Source of the DNA: Candidatus Saccharimonadota bacterium
Lineage (GTDB): Bacteria; Pseudomonadota; Gammaproteobacteria; Enterobacterales; Enterobacteriaceae
DNA length: 32,000 nucleotides
NCBI RefSeq assembly: GCF_964059045.1
Contig: NZ_OZ060402.1
Coordinates: 90,001 to 122,000, forward strand
Reading direction: 5' to 3'
Part shown: positions 20,118 to 29,237 of the stretch, piece by piece
Numbering within the stretch: the first letter of the stretch is position 1
Layout of the letters: the number at the start of each line of letters is the position of its first letter
Notes under the pieces: model-generated
What the model was told of the DNA's origin: nothing
The model's input: only the letters and a program-made list of their open reading frames with translations
The model's database searches: none
Made by a program: the position numbers and the translations under genes

Positions 20118-20747
20118 TTGTTTACAGGTATTATAGATGGAATTGCGAAAGTAGTTTTGATAAAACGTAAAAATAATTTTTTATCTTTTGTGATACAAAT
20201 TCCATGTAATTTATTATTAAATTTAAAATTAGGAGCTTCAGTATCAAATAATGGATGTTGTTTAAGTATAACATCTATTTCTGGGGATTATATTGGTTTT
20301 GATGTTATCTCTGAGACTTTGCGTTGTTCTAATTTAAGTTTTTTAAAGTTAGGAGATTTTGTTAATATAGAAAGGTCAAAAAAATTTTCAGATGAAATAG
20401 GAGGTCATATACTGTCTGGACATATATCTACAGTTGCTGAATGTTTAGATATTGTAGATTTAGATTTTAATAGTCAATTAGTTTATTGTAAGTTAAGAGA
20501 TTTGTATTTAATGAAATATATATTTCATAAAGGTTTTATTAGTATTGATGGAATTAGTTTAACAGTAGGAAATATAAATAAAGATGTTTTTTGTTTTTAT
20601 TTAATTCCTGATACTTTATTAAAAACAACTATGAAACAAAAAACAAAAGGTAGTATTTTTAATATTGAAATTGATTATTCCACTCAAGTAATAGTAGATA
20701 CTGTAGAAAAAATTATGCATCATCAATCATATAGTAAATTAATTTAA
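20118..20747 (+). CDS. ribE: Riboflavin synthase (alpha chain; called ribE in Buchnera annotation, ribC in E. coli K-12)
   Basis: 209-aa ORF. MFTGI..G.AK, GAS...NGCCL(S/T), FSDEIGGH..SGHI and KGFI.IDGISLTVG are collinear with E. coli riboflavin synthase. The homologous first codon is TTG (20118-20120), with AGGA at 20107-20110. Confidence 0.94.
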   Translation: MFTGIIDGIAKVVLIKRKNNFLSFVIQIPCNLLLNLKLGASVSNNGCCLSITSISGDYIGFDVISETLRCSNLSFLKLGDFVNIERSKKFSDEIGGHILSGHISTVAECLDIVDLDFNSQLVYCKLRDLYLMKYIFHKGFISIDGISLTVGNINKDVFCFYLIPDTLLKTTMKQKTKGSIFNIEIDYSTQVIVDTVEKIMHHQSYSKLI

Positions 20748-20920
20748 ATAAATAATTTTATTAAAAATATTATTAATTATAATAATCATTCAATTAAATT
20801 ATTATTTAAATATATAAATATATTAATCATATAATCAGAAATCAAAATTTTATTTTTGAATAAAATAATATTAAAAAATTATTATATATGTAATAATTTT
20901 TAAAAAAATTATTTTAACTT

Positions 20921-20986
20921 AAATCATCTCTAACAATTAGAATTGAATTCATTTATGAATTCAATTCTAATTGTTAGAGATGATTT
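20921..20986. repeat. Perfect 32-bp inverted repeat with a 2-nt spacer (66-nt hairpin/cruciform) in the ribE-rsxA spacer
   Basis: 20921-20952 aaatcatctctaacaattagaattgaattcat is the exact reverse complement of 20955-20986 atgaattcaattctaattgttagagatgattt. All 32 positions were verified by hand, and 7 pairs are G:C. Confidence 0.95.
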
Positions 20987-21163
20987 ATTCAATTTTTTAT
21001 AGATTTTTAGTTTTTTTGTACAAATTATTTTATTAATTTATGTTATTAATGATATTATAATTATATTAGTTTTTAAATATAATTATCCAATAATTGATTT
21101 TAAAATTTTTATTTTTTATTACATCAACGGAAATTAAATAAAATTATATGAAGTAATATCAAA

Positions 21164-21745
21164 ATGTTAAATTATTTTTATTTATTTATAATCAATGTTT
21201 TAGTTGATAATTTTATTTTAGTACAATTTCTTGGAATTTGTCCTTTGATGGGTGTGTCTCAGAAATTAAATACAGCTGTAGGTATGAGTGTAACTACTAC
21301 AATTGTAATTACTGTTACTTCAATATTATCTTGGATTATTAATTATTTTATTTTAATTCCATATCAATTATGTTTTTTACGTGTAATGGTATATATTTTA
21401 ATTATTGCTGTTAGTGTACAATGTATAGAAATATTTTTAAAAAAAACATATCCTATATTATATAAATCACTTGGTATTTTTTTACCATTGATTACAACTA
21501 ATTGTTCGGTTTTGGCTATTCCATTATTAAGTGTTAAATTTAATTACAATTTTTTAGAATCTGTTATTTATGGATTTAGTTCTGCTATTGGTTTCTCCAT
21601 TGTAATTATTATTTTTTCTAGTATACGTGAACGTATTAAATTATCTAATATACCTATTGTTTTTAAAGGGGTTCCGATTGCATTAATTACAGTCAGTTTA
21701 ATGTCAATTAGTTTTATGGGTTTTGATGGATTAGTCAAATTGTGA
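21164..21745 (+). CDS. rsxA: Electron transport complex subunit A (RnfA/RsxA)
   Basis: 193 aa, the same length as E. coli RsxA. NNF.LV.FLG.CP.MGVS.KL.TA.GM, LGIFLPLITTNC.VL, and the C-terminal (S/A)FMGF.GLVKL matches E. coli closely. Confidence 0.97.
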   Translation: MLNYFYLFIINVLVDNFILVQFLGICPLMGVSQKLNTAVGMSVTTTIVITVTSILSWIINYFILIPYQLCFLRVMVYILIIAVSVQCIEIFLKKTYPILYKSLGIFLPLITTNCSVLAIPLLSVKFNYNFLESVIYGFSSAIGFSIVIIIFSSIRERIKLSNIPIVFKGVPIALITVSLMSISFMGFDGLVKL

Positions 21746-22257
21746 TTATATTAATTGCAAAAACAATGTTTTTTTTTTCATTTTTATCTATTTTTTTAGG
21801 TGTAATACTGACTATTATTGCAGAAATATATAGAATAGAACAAGATCCTATTATAGAAGAAATTAATAATTTATTACCACAAAGTCAGTGTGGACAATGT
21901 GGATATACTAATTGTTATTTGTATGCTCAAGCTGTAGTTAATAATAGAGAAAAAATTAATAAATGTTTACCTGGAGGTGATGATACTATAAAAACATTAT
22001 CTGATATTTTAAATATTAATAATTTAAAATATAATAATTTAAGTAATAATTGTATAATTGATTATCGTTATGTAGCATGGATTAATGAAGAAAATTGTGT
22101 AGGTTGTCATAAATGTTTTATTATTTGTCCCGTTGATGCAATTATTGGATCAAATAATTTAGCTCATACAGTTTTAAAAAAATTTTGCACGGGTTGCAAT
22201 TTATGTATTGAACATTGTCCTACTAATTGTATTAAATTACGAAAAACAGAATTATGA
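21742..22257 (+). CDS. rsxB: Electron transport complex subunit B (RnfB/RsxB), Fe-S protein
   Basis: 171-aa ORF. LPQSQCGQCGY..C..YA.A is identical in pattern to E. coli RsxB, followed by two ferredoxin-type CxxCxxCxxxCP motifs (CVGCHKCFIICP, CTGCNLCIEHCP). The GTG start at 21742 overlaps the rsxA stop as GTGA and gives the same spacing to the DP..E motif as in E. coli. An alternative ATG lies at 21766. Confidence 0.92.
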   Translation: MIILIAKTMFFFSFLSIFLGVILTIIAEIYRIEQDPIIEEINNLLPQSQCGQCGYTNCYLYAQAVVNNREKINKCLPGGDDTIKTLSDILNINNLKYNNLSNNCIIDYRYVAWINEENCVGCHKCFIICPVDAIIGSNNLAHTVLKKFCTGCNLCIEHCPTNCIKLRKTEL

Positions 22258-22332
22258 TTTTTAATGTTAGGAATTAATATATTGATTTTTTTTTCTTTTT
22301 TTTATTTTTTAAAAAAAATAATTTTTTTTTAT

Positions 22333-23925
22333 ATGAATAAATTATTCCAAAAATATCAATTTTATGGAGGATTGTCTATACCTTCACATAAACAAAATAA
22401 TATTATTTTCCCTTTAAAAAATATGCCTTGTCCTGAATTAATACGTATTCCGGTAAAAAATTATTTAATTAGACAAAATAAATTATGTATATCACAAGGT
22501 GATCATGTTTCTATAGGTGATCCATTAATTATCGGAGATAATATAAATCCTACAATGCATGCATCTATTTCTGGTGTTATTGGAATGATAAATATTGATT
22601 ATAATGATTTTTATTTTGATGAAAAAGAAACGGAAATTTTAATTATTTCTGACCATGATTATGATAATAAACATCATTCAGTTAAAATAGATTATAAAAA
22701 ATTAAAAAAATCAGATATAATAAAAAAAATTTGTCAATTCGGAATTGTAGGTTTAGGAGGAAGTGGTTTTTCTTGTTCTAAAAAATTACAAACGTTTGTA
22801 AAATCAAAATATAATATATTAATTGTGAATGCTGTAGAATGTGAACCTTATGTTGTTGCTGATGAATGTTTAATACAAAATTATGCAGGTGATGTTTTTT
22901 TAGGTTGTGAAATTATATCATGGGTTTTAGATATCAAAACTGTTATTGTTGCTGTTTCTCAAAATAAATTGAAAACTATTGAAATTATTATTCAAGAATT
23001 AGTGCATTTTATTAACTTTGAATTACGTATTATTCCTGAAATTTATCCCTCTGGAAGTAGTAAACAGTTAATAAAAATATTATTAAATCAAGAAATTCCA
23101 CATGAAAAACATGCTAATGATATGGGTATATTAATACATAATGTTGGAACTTTGTTTGCAATTAAGAGGGCTGTTATTAATAATATACCTTTATTTGAAA
23201 GGATTGTGACTATAGCTGGTAATAATGTTTTTGATGTAGAAAATTATTGGGTAAAGATTGGAACTCCTGTTTCTCATATATTAAATTGTATATCAATGAA
23301 ATCTTTACACAATAATAAAATTATGCTTGGTGGTGTTTTTTTAAATGATGATAAACCATTAAAATTAGATCCAATAGTATTAAAGACTACTAATTATATT
23401 TTGTTATTTAATAAAAATAATATTAATGATAATTTCTTCAAATCAAATAATTCTAGAGAATGTATTCGTTGTGCAGCATGTTCCAATGTATGTCCAATTA
23501 GATTGTTACCACAACAATTATATTGGTATAGTAAAAATCATGATCATGATAAAAGTAAGTTGTATAATATTAAGGATTGTATTGAATGCGGATTATGTGA
23601 ACGAGTTTGTCCAAGTAAAATACATTTAGTATCGTATTACAAAAAAGAAAAAAAAATAATTGATAATATTGAAAAAAACAAAAATAGAATAAAAATATCT
23701 AAAATAAGATTTCAACAACACGAAAAAAGATTAAATTTACAAAAAATATTTCATAAAAATTCTAATTTTAGAATGGATAATGTAATTAATTTTAATAAGA
23801 TAGATTTTTTAAAAAATCAATCAAATTTAATTAAACATAATAATTTAATAAAAAAAATAGATATAAAAAATCAAATTAAAAATTCAATTTTAAGAATAAA
23901 AAATAAAAAAAATAAATTTTTATAA
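22333..23925 (+). CDS. rsxC: Electron transport complex subunit C (RnfC/RsxC)
   Basis: Collinear with E. coli RsxC (F.GG(I/L), GLGG.GF, N..ECEPY..AD..L, YPSG..KQL, two CxxCxxCxxxCP motifs CIRCAACSNVCP and CIECGLCERVCP, LLPQQLYW(Y/F)SK). Homology begins at MNKLFQKYQFYGG (ATG 22333). The tracked ORF start at 22264 adds 23 poly-T-derived hydrophobic residues, so the start is uncertain. Confidence 0.9.
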   Translation: MNKLFQKYQFYGGLSIPSHKQNNIIFPLKNMPCPELIRIPVKNYLIRQNKLCISQGDHVSIGDPLIIGDNINPTMHASISGVIGMINIDYNDFYFDEKETEILIISDHDYDNKHHSVKIDYKKLKKSDIIKKICQFGIVGLGGSGFSCSKKLQTFVKSKYNILIVNAVECEPYVVADECLIQNYAGDVFLGCEIISWVLDIKTVIVAVSQNKLKTIEIIIQELVHFINFELRIIPEIYPSGSSKQLIKILLNQEIPHEKHANDMGILIHNVGTLFAIKRAVINNIPLFERIVTIAGNNVFDVENYWVKIGTPVSHILNCISMKSLHNNKIMLGGVFLNDDKPLKLDPIVLKTTNYILLFNKNNINDNFFKSNNSRECIRCAACSNVCPIRLLPQQLYWYSKNHDHDKSKLYNIKDCIECGLCERVCPSKIHLVSYYKKEKKIIDNIEKNKNRIKISKIRFQQHEKRLNLQKIFHKNSNFRMDNVINFNKIDFLKNQSNLIKHNNLIKKIDIKNQIKNSILRIKNKKNKFL

Positions 23926-24026
23926 AAATAATATTTATATATATAGATTGATGTATATAATATTTATTATTAATATGTATAGACTATAATTAACTTAATT
24001 TTGTTACTTTTTATAAAAAAATAAAA

Positions 24027-25043
24027 ATGAATGATCATAATTATACTATTAATAAGATAATGTTTTTAACGATTATATCATTAATACCCGGGATTATAAT
24101 TCAAAGTATTTTTTTTGGATATGGTGTTTTAATACAAATATTTATTGCAATAATAGTTTCGGTATGTACTGAATTTATTTGTTTATATCTTCGTGGAGTA
24201 GATTATTGGTATCATATAAGTGATAATTCAGTATTAGTATCAGCTATTTTATTTGGACTTTGTTTGCCAATATTAATACCTTGGTGGGTTATTGTCATTG
24301 GTTCTATTTTTATGATTGTTTTAGGTAAACAATTATATGGTGGTATAGGTCAAAATATATTTAATCCAGCTATGGTTGGATATGTAATTATTTTGATTTC
24401 TTTTCCTGTAATAATGACTAATTTTAATTTTTTTGGTGTTTCTATTGCTCATTTATTTAATTTTATTGATAGTTTAAATTTAATATTTTTTTGTGATAAC
24501 AATTTTCATGATTCCAATAACATTTTTATTACTCAAGCTACTCCTTTAAATAATATTAAGTTGAATCAACATATATTAATTGATTCTATCATTAACGTCT
24601 CTAAAAATAATATTCAAAATTTATCTTTTTATTCTAATTTTTTTTGGATTAATTTTTGTTTTTTATTAGGAGGTATTTATTTATTATTTAAAAAAATAAT
24701 TTGTTGGAGGATACCAATGAGTTTTTTATTATCTTTATTTACATTATCTTTTTTTAGTTCAGTATATTTACCTAATGTTTTTTTATCACCAAAAATTAAT
24801 TTATTTTCTGGTTCTACTATGTTAGGTGCTTTTTTTGTTTTAACTGATCCAGTAACGTCATCTACAACTAATTTAGGAAAAATAATCTTTGGTGTTTTAA
24901 TAGGATTTTTTGTATGGATTATACGTAGTTTTGGTAATTATCCAGATGCTATTGCTTTTTCAGTTTTGTTGGGTAATTCTTTAGTACCATTGATAGATAT
25001 TTTTACTAAACCAAAAGTATATGGAGATAGGAAAAATATATAA
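24027..25043 (+). CDS. rsxD: Electron transport complex subunit D (RnfD/RsxD)
   Basis: 338-aa polytopic membrane ORF. KQLYGG.GQN.FNPAM.GYV.(I/L)LISFPV, QATPL, LSG.TMLGAFF.LTDPVT(S/A)STT, and the C-terminal RSFG.YPD..AF.VLL.N..VPLID..T.P.VYG.RK as in E. coli RsxD. Confidence 0.95.
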   Translation: MNDHNYTINKIMFLTIISLIPGIIIQSIFFGYGVLIQIFIAIIVSVCTEFICLYLRGVDYWYHISDNSVLVSAILFGLCLPILIPWWVIVIGSIFMIVLGKQLYGGIGQNIFNPAMVGYVIILISFPVIMTNFNFFGVSIAHLFNFIDSLNLIFFCDNNFHDSNNIFITQATPLNNIKLNQHILIDSIINVSKNNIQNLSFYSNFFWINFCFLLGGIYLLFKKIICWRIPMSFLLSLFTLSFFSSVYLPNVFLSPKINLFSGSTMLGAFFVLTDPVTSSTTNLGKIIFGVLIGFFVWIIRSFGNYPDAIAFSVLLGNSLVPLIDIFTKPKVYGDRKNI

Positions 25044-25047
25044 TAAT

Positions 25048-25692
25048 ATGTTTTTTAAAAATTTTAAAAATGCGATAATCATAGGATTATTTGCTATACT
25101 TTTTTCTTCTTCAACAGCATTAGTTTATATATTAACTAAAAAAATTATTTTTCAGCATGATCAAATTCATTCTATTTATTTATTACATGAATTGATTCAT
25201 TTAGAAGAATATGAATTATCTTCTATTAATAATTGTTATTTGATTAAAAATGATAAATTAGGAGATGATCAGTATCATCGTTTTTGGTTATTAAAAAAAA
25301 AAGGTCTTTATTGTGCTTTTATTATTGAAACAACTGCCCCAGATGGTTATGCTGGTTTAATTAATATTTTAGTAGCTGCAGATTTACATGGTAATATTAT
25401 TGGAGCTAGAGTTATAAATCATCATGAAACTCCTGGATTAGGAGATAAAATTGATATTCAGCAATCAGATTGGATTAAGCATTTTTGTGGTATTTGTATT
25501 TTATCTTTAAGTCAAAAACCTTTTTTAATCAAAAAAGATGGTGGTTTTATAGATCAATTTACAGGAGCAAGTATTACTCCACGATCAGTTGTTAATTCTA
25601 TTAAAAATTCAGTTTTTTTTATATTACAGTCATTATCTGAATATCAATTAATAGATATTAAAGGTTTGAAAATTAATGTTTATAAAAAATGA
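25048..25692 (+). CDS. rsxG: Electron transport complex subunit G (RnfG/RsxG)
   Basis: ATAPDGY.G.I..LV.AD..G...G.RV..HHETPGLGDKI, KKDGG.(F/I)DQFTGA(S/T)(I/L)TPR.VVN..K (FMN-attachment motif) as in E. coli RsxG. I prefer the ATG at 25048 (4 nt after the rsxD stop, and the N-terminus length fits) over the tracked ATG at 25021, which lies inside rsxD. Confidence 0.92.
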   Translation: MFFKNFKNAIIIGLFAILFSSSTALVYILTKKIIFQHDQIHSIYLLHELIHLEEYELSSINNCYLIKNDKLGDDQYHRFWLLKKKGLYCAFIIETTAPDGYAGLINILVAADLHGNIIGARVINHHETPGLGDKIDIQQSDWIKHFCGICILSLSQKPFLIKKDGGFIDQFTGASITPRSVVNSIKNSVFFILQSLSEYQLIDIKGLKINVYKK

Positions 25693-26317
25693 AATAAAAA
25701 AAAAAATTACACATTTGATTTGGGAAAATAATTCTACTTTGGTTCAATTATTGGGTTTATGTCCAGTTTTAGCTATTACTACTAATTTTGTTAATTCTAT
25801 TAGTTTAGGTATTGCTACTACTATTGTTTTAATATTTACAAATTTTTTCATTGCTTTATTTAAAAAATATATACCTTATAGTATTAGGATTCCTATATAT
25901 ATTATAGTAATTTCTTCAGTTGTTTCGATTATTGATATGTTAGTTCATGCATATTTATTTAATTTATATTCTTCTTTAGGAGTATTTATTCCTTTAATTG
26001 TGACAAATTGCATTGTAGTGAGTCGAGCTGAGTTAATTGCATCACGGTATTCTATTTTATATAGTTGCATGGATGGTTTTTTTACTGGAATTGGTTTAAC
26101 AGTATCAATGATTATTTTAGGTAGTATTAGAGAAATAATAGGTCATGGAACACTTTTTTATGGAATGAATTTTTTATTTCACTTTTTAAAAAAAAGTAAT
26201 TATATTGAATTTTTTAAAATAGATTATTCTATGTTAATGGTTTGTTTTCCAGCAGGTGCATTTATGATATTAGCTTTTATTATAGTTTTTAAATCTATTT
26301 TTAGTAAAAAATTTTAA
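25676..26317 (+). CDS. rsxE: Electron transport complex subunit E (RnfE/RsxE)
   Basis: 213-aa membrane ORF. W.NNS.LVQLLGLCP.LA.T, IRIPIY..II.SVVS, LG.FIPLIVTNCIVV.RAE and GS.REIIG.GTLF as in E. coli RsxE. It overlaps the rsxG 3' end by 17 nt. Confidence 0.95.
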   Translation: MFIKNEIKKKITHLIWENNSTLVQLLGLCPVLAITTNFVNSISLGIATTIVLIFTNFFIALFKKYIPYSIRIPIYIIVISSVVSIIDMLVHAYLFNLYSSLGVFIPLIVTNCIVVSRAELIASRYSILYSCMDGFFTGIGLTVSMIILGSIREIIGHGTLFYGMNFLFHFLKKSNYIEFFKIDYSMLMVCFPAGAFMILAFIIVFKSIFSKKF

Positions 26318-26372
26318 ACCATGCATCAATTTATTTTAAATTATATATGTAATTAAAAAATAAAATATTAAT

Positions 26373-27002
26373 ATGAATCAGATAAAAAGAAATGAAATAT
26401 TAAATATTTTTCATCATTATCAACCTTATCCAAAAATGGAGTTAGTTTTTAATTCTGATTTTGAATTATTAGTTGCAGTAATATTATCAGCACGTTCTAC
26501 TGATTTACAAGTAAATCATTGTACTAAAAAATTATATAAGATAGCAAATAATCCTAAAAGTATATTAGAATTAGGTCTTGTAGGTTTAAAATCATATATT
26601 AAAAATATTGGTTTATTTAATAAAAAATCGAGTTATATAATAAATTTATGTGATATTTTAATTAACCGATATAATAGTAAAATACCAAAAAATAGAAAAT
26701 TGTTAGAGTTATTACCAGGTGTTGGAAGAAAAACAGCCAATATAATATTAAATACTGTATTTAAAAAGAATTTAATAGCTGTAGATACTCATGTTTTTAG
26801 AGTTTGCAATCGAACAAAATTTGCTACAGGAAAAACAGTTCATATTGTTGAAAATAAATTAAATAAATATGTTTTAAGATCTTTTAAATTAAATTTTCAT
26901 AATTGGATTGTATGGCATGGTCGTTATGTTTGTCAATCAAGAAAAATAAAATGTAATATTTGCATTATAAATCAATTATGTGAATTTAAAAAAAAATTAT
27001 AA
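26373..27002 (+). CDS. nth: Endonuclease III (DNA glycosylase/AP lyase)
   Basis: 209-aa ORF with the HhH-GPD region LPGVGRKTANI.LN, VDTHVFRV.NR, and the C-terminal 4Fe-4S ligand spacing C-x6-C-x2-C-x5-C (CQSRKIKCNICIINQLC). Confidence 0.95.
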   Translation: MNQIKRNEILNIFHHYQPYPKMELVFNSDFELLVAVILSARSTDLQVNHCTKKLYKIANNPKSILELGLVGLKSYIKNIGLFNKKSSYIINLCDILINRYNSKIPKNRKLLELLPGVGRKTANIILNTVFKKNLIAVDTHVFRVCNRTKFATGKTVHIVENKLNKYVLRSFKLNFHNWIVWHGRYVCQSRKIKCNICIINQLCEFKKKL

Positions 27003-27123
27003 AATAGAAATTATTTAAAAATAATATATATAATTTTTTATTTTTATTTATGATTTATTTTTTAATTTATATATATTTATTATTTTAATAATACCATCAT
27101 TTTTATTTTTGATCAGGAATAGT

Positions 27124-28398
27124 ATGAATAGCGAAAATATAATTACATTACTAAAATTAAGAAATTTAGTTTTTCAAATTAGTAATGAAAACAATTTAAA
27201 AAAAGTTACTAAAAATAATTCTATATCGTTATATTGTGGTTTTGATCCCACCGCAGATAGTTTACATATAGGACATTTATTGCCTTTAATGGTTTTAAAA
27301 CATTTTCAAATTTTAGGACATAAACCAATTATATTAATAGGTGGTGCAACAAGTTTAATTGGAGATCCAAGTTTTAAACTTTCAGAACGAGTATTAAATA
27401 CATATAATGATATTAATAATTGGGAAAAAAAAATTACAGCTCAGTTGTCTTTATTTCTTGATTTTAATATTGGGGAAAATAGTGCTAAAATTGTTAATAA
27501 TTATCATTGGTTTTGCAAAATGGATATTTTATCTTTTTTGAGAAAAATTGGTAAATATTTTTCAATTAATCAAATGATTAATTTAGAATCTGTAAAAAAT
27601 AGAATTAATAGAAAGGAAAAGGGTATTTCTTTTACAGAATTTACATATAGTTTATTACAGTCTTATGACTTTGTTGTTTTAAATAACATGTATCAAGTTT
27701 GTTTGCAAATTGGAGGATCAGATCAATGGGGTAATATTACTTCAGGAATTAACTTAGTTCGTAAAATGAGTCAAAAATATGTATTTGGTTTAACATTGCC
27801 ATTATTAACAAAAAGTGATGGAACAAAATTTGGAAAAACTGAAGATGGTCCAATTTGGTTAGATTCATCTAAAACTAGTCCATATAAGTTTTATCAATTT
27901 TGGTTGAATACTGATGATAGTCATGTTTATACTTTTTTAAAATGGTTTACATTATTAAATTATTCTGAAATTCTAAAAATAGAACAAGAAGGAATTAAAT
28001 TTGGTAATATTATTAAAGATAGAATTTTTTTAGCTAAGGAAATAACTAATACTGTGCATGGAATTTCAGGTGTTGCTGCAGCTGTCAGAATTACTGAATG
28101 TTTGTTTTCTGGTGATTTAAACCAGATGACTGAATTGGATTTTGAACAATTAAAACAAGATGGTATGCCTGCAATAGATTTGTTTGGTTCAGAAGATTTA
28201 GTAACAGCATTAGTTATTTCAAAATTTGCTTTATCACGTTCTCAAGCTAGGAATATGATTCTTTCAAATGCTATTTCAATTAATAATAAAAAAATATCTA
28301 AAATTAAATATTTTTTTAGTAATGATGATAGATTATTTAATAAATTTACATTATTAAAGAGAGGTAAAAAAAATTATGTTTTAATTTGTTGGGTCTAA
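27124..28398 (+). CDS. tyrS: Tyrosine--tRNA ligase
   Basis: YCGFDPTADSLH(I/L)GHL (HIGH), GGAT.LIGDPSFK, QIGGSDQWGNITSGI.L and DGTKFGKTE (KMSKS equivalent), with C-terminal RGKKNY.LICW as in E. coli TyrS. I prefer the ATG at 27124 (AGGA at 27115-27118; gives 424 aa like E. coli) over the tracked TTG at 27109. Confidence 0.95.
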   Translation: MNSENIITLLKLRNLVFQISNENNLKKVTKNNSISLYCGFDPTADSLHIGHLLPLMVLKHFQILGHKPIILIGGATSLIGDPSFKLSERVLNTYNDINNWEKKITAQLSLFLDFNIGENSAKIVNNYHWFCKMDILSFLRKIGKYFSINQMINLESVKNRINRKEKGISFTEFTYSLLQSYDFVVLNNMYQVCLQIGGSDQWGNITSGINLVRKMSQKYVFGLTLPLLTKSDGTKFGKTEDGPIWLDSSKTSPYKFYQFWLNTDDSHVYTFLKWFTLLNYSEILKIEQEGIKFGNIIKDRIFLAKEITNTVHGISGVAAAVRITECLFSGDLNQMTELDFEQLKQDGMPAIDLFGSEDLVTALVISKFALSRSQARNMILSNAISINNKKISKIKYFFSNDDRLFNKFTLLKRGKKNYVLICWV

Positions 28399-28432
28399 TT
28401 TTTATTTTTTTTTAATTAGCAATAGAAATTGA

Positions 28433-28810
28433 CTATAAAATTAATTCAAAGCTTTCACCGCATCCACAAAAATTTTTTGTTTGAGCATTGTCAAATTTAA
28501 ATACTTGATTAATTCCTTCTTTAACAAAATCAATTTTCATTTTATTGATAAAATCAATTTGTATTAATGGTATACATATTACAAAATTTTTAAAATAAAA
28601 TATTAATTCTTCTTTTTTTTTATTTTTTATTCTTTTTAAATTATAACGAAATCCAGCACATCCAGATTTTTTAATTTGAATTCTAATACCTATAAAATCA
28701 TCAGATTCTTTTATTAAAGAAAATATTTGATTTTCTGCTTTTTTAGTTAAAATAACACCTTCCCATTTTGTTTTTTTATTGAAATCTTTTGTTTTTAAAT
28801 TTTCAATCAT
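28433..28810 (-). CDS. sufA: A-type iron-sulfur cluster carrier, SufA-like
   Basis: 125-aa ORF. SGCAGFRY, (I/V)DFV.EG(I/L)NQ.FKF and C-terminal CGCGESF match E. coli SufA (TGCAGFGY, VDFVREGLNQIFKF, ECGCGESFGV) better than IscA (SGCSGMAY) or ErpA (GGCSGFQY, CGCGSSF). Its position between tyrS and ydiK equals the E. coli sufA map position. Confidence 0.85.
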   Translation of the reverse strand: MIENLKTKDFNKKTKWEGVILTKKAENQIFSLIKESDDFIGIRIQIKKSGCAGFRYNLKRIKNKKKEELIFYFKNFVICIPLIQIDFINKMKIDFVKEGINQVFKFDNAQTKNFCGCGESFELIL

Positions 28811-29237
28811 TATTTTTCCCAGAAAATTAATTGTTTTAATATATCAATATATTTATATTTTTTAATATATTTTATTTTTTTAAAGAAATCATGATTTATA
28901 GAATAAAATTTATTTAAAATATTTCTTAATAGAATGTTAAATTCTAAATAAATATTATAAATAATATTTAAAAATGTCAATACTTGATCTTTTTTATAAA
29001 AGATATAATTATTATTAATAATGATTCAAATAAATTTTTCAATACCATATTTTATTTTTAAAATAATAATTTATTGAGTTAATTTGTATTTTTACAATAA
29101 AAATACTTATATAAAAATGATATATAACAGAATTATATTCTGTATAAAATTTGTTTTTATAATGTAAATTTATAAGAAATATATGGTAATTATTTGCGAT
29201 AAAAAATAATTAAAAACTTTTGAGGTTGAACTTTTAT

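Noticed and set aside
29086-29143. Short A/T hairpins in the sufA-ydiK spacer (gtattttt/aaaaatac and acagaat/attctgt), plus similar 7-8-bp A/T stems at about 5498-5522 and 3863-3890
   Set aside because: Stems of 7-8 bp made almost entirely of A:T pairs are expected by chance at this base composition. They show no positional logic.
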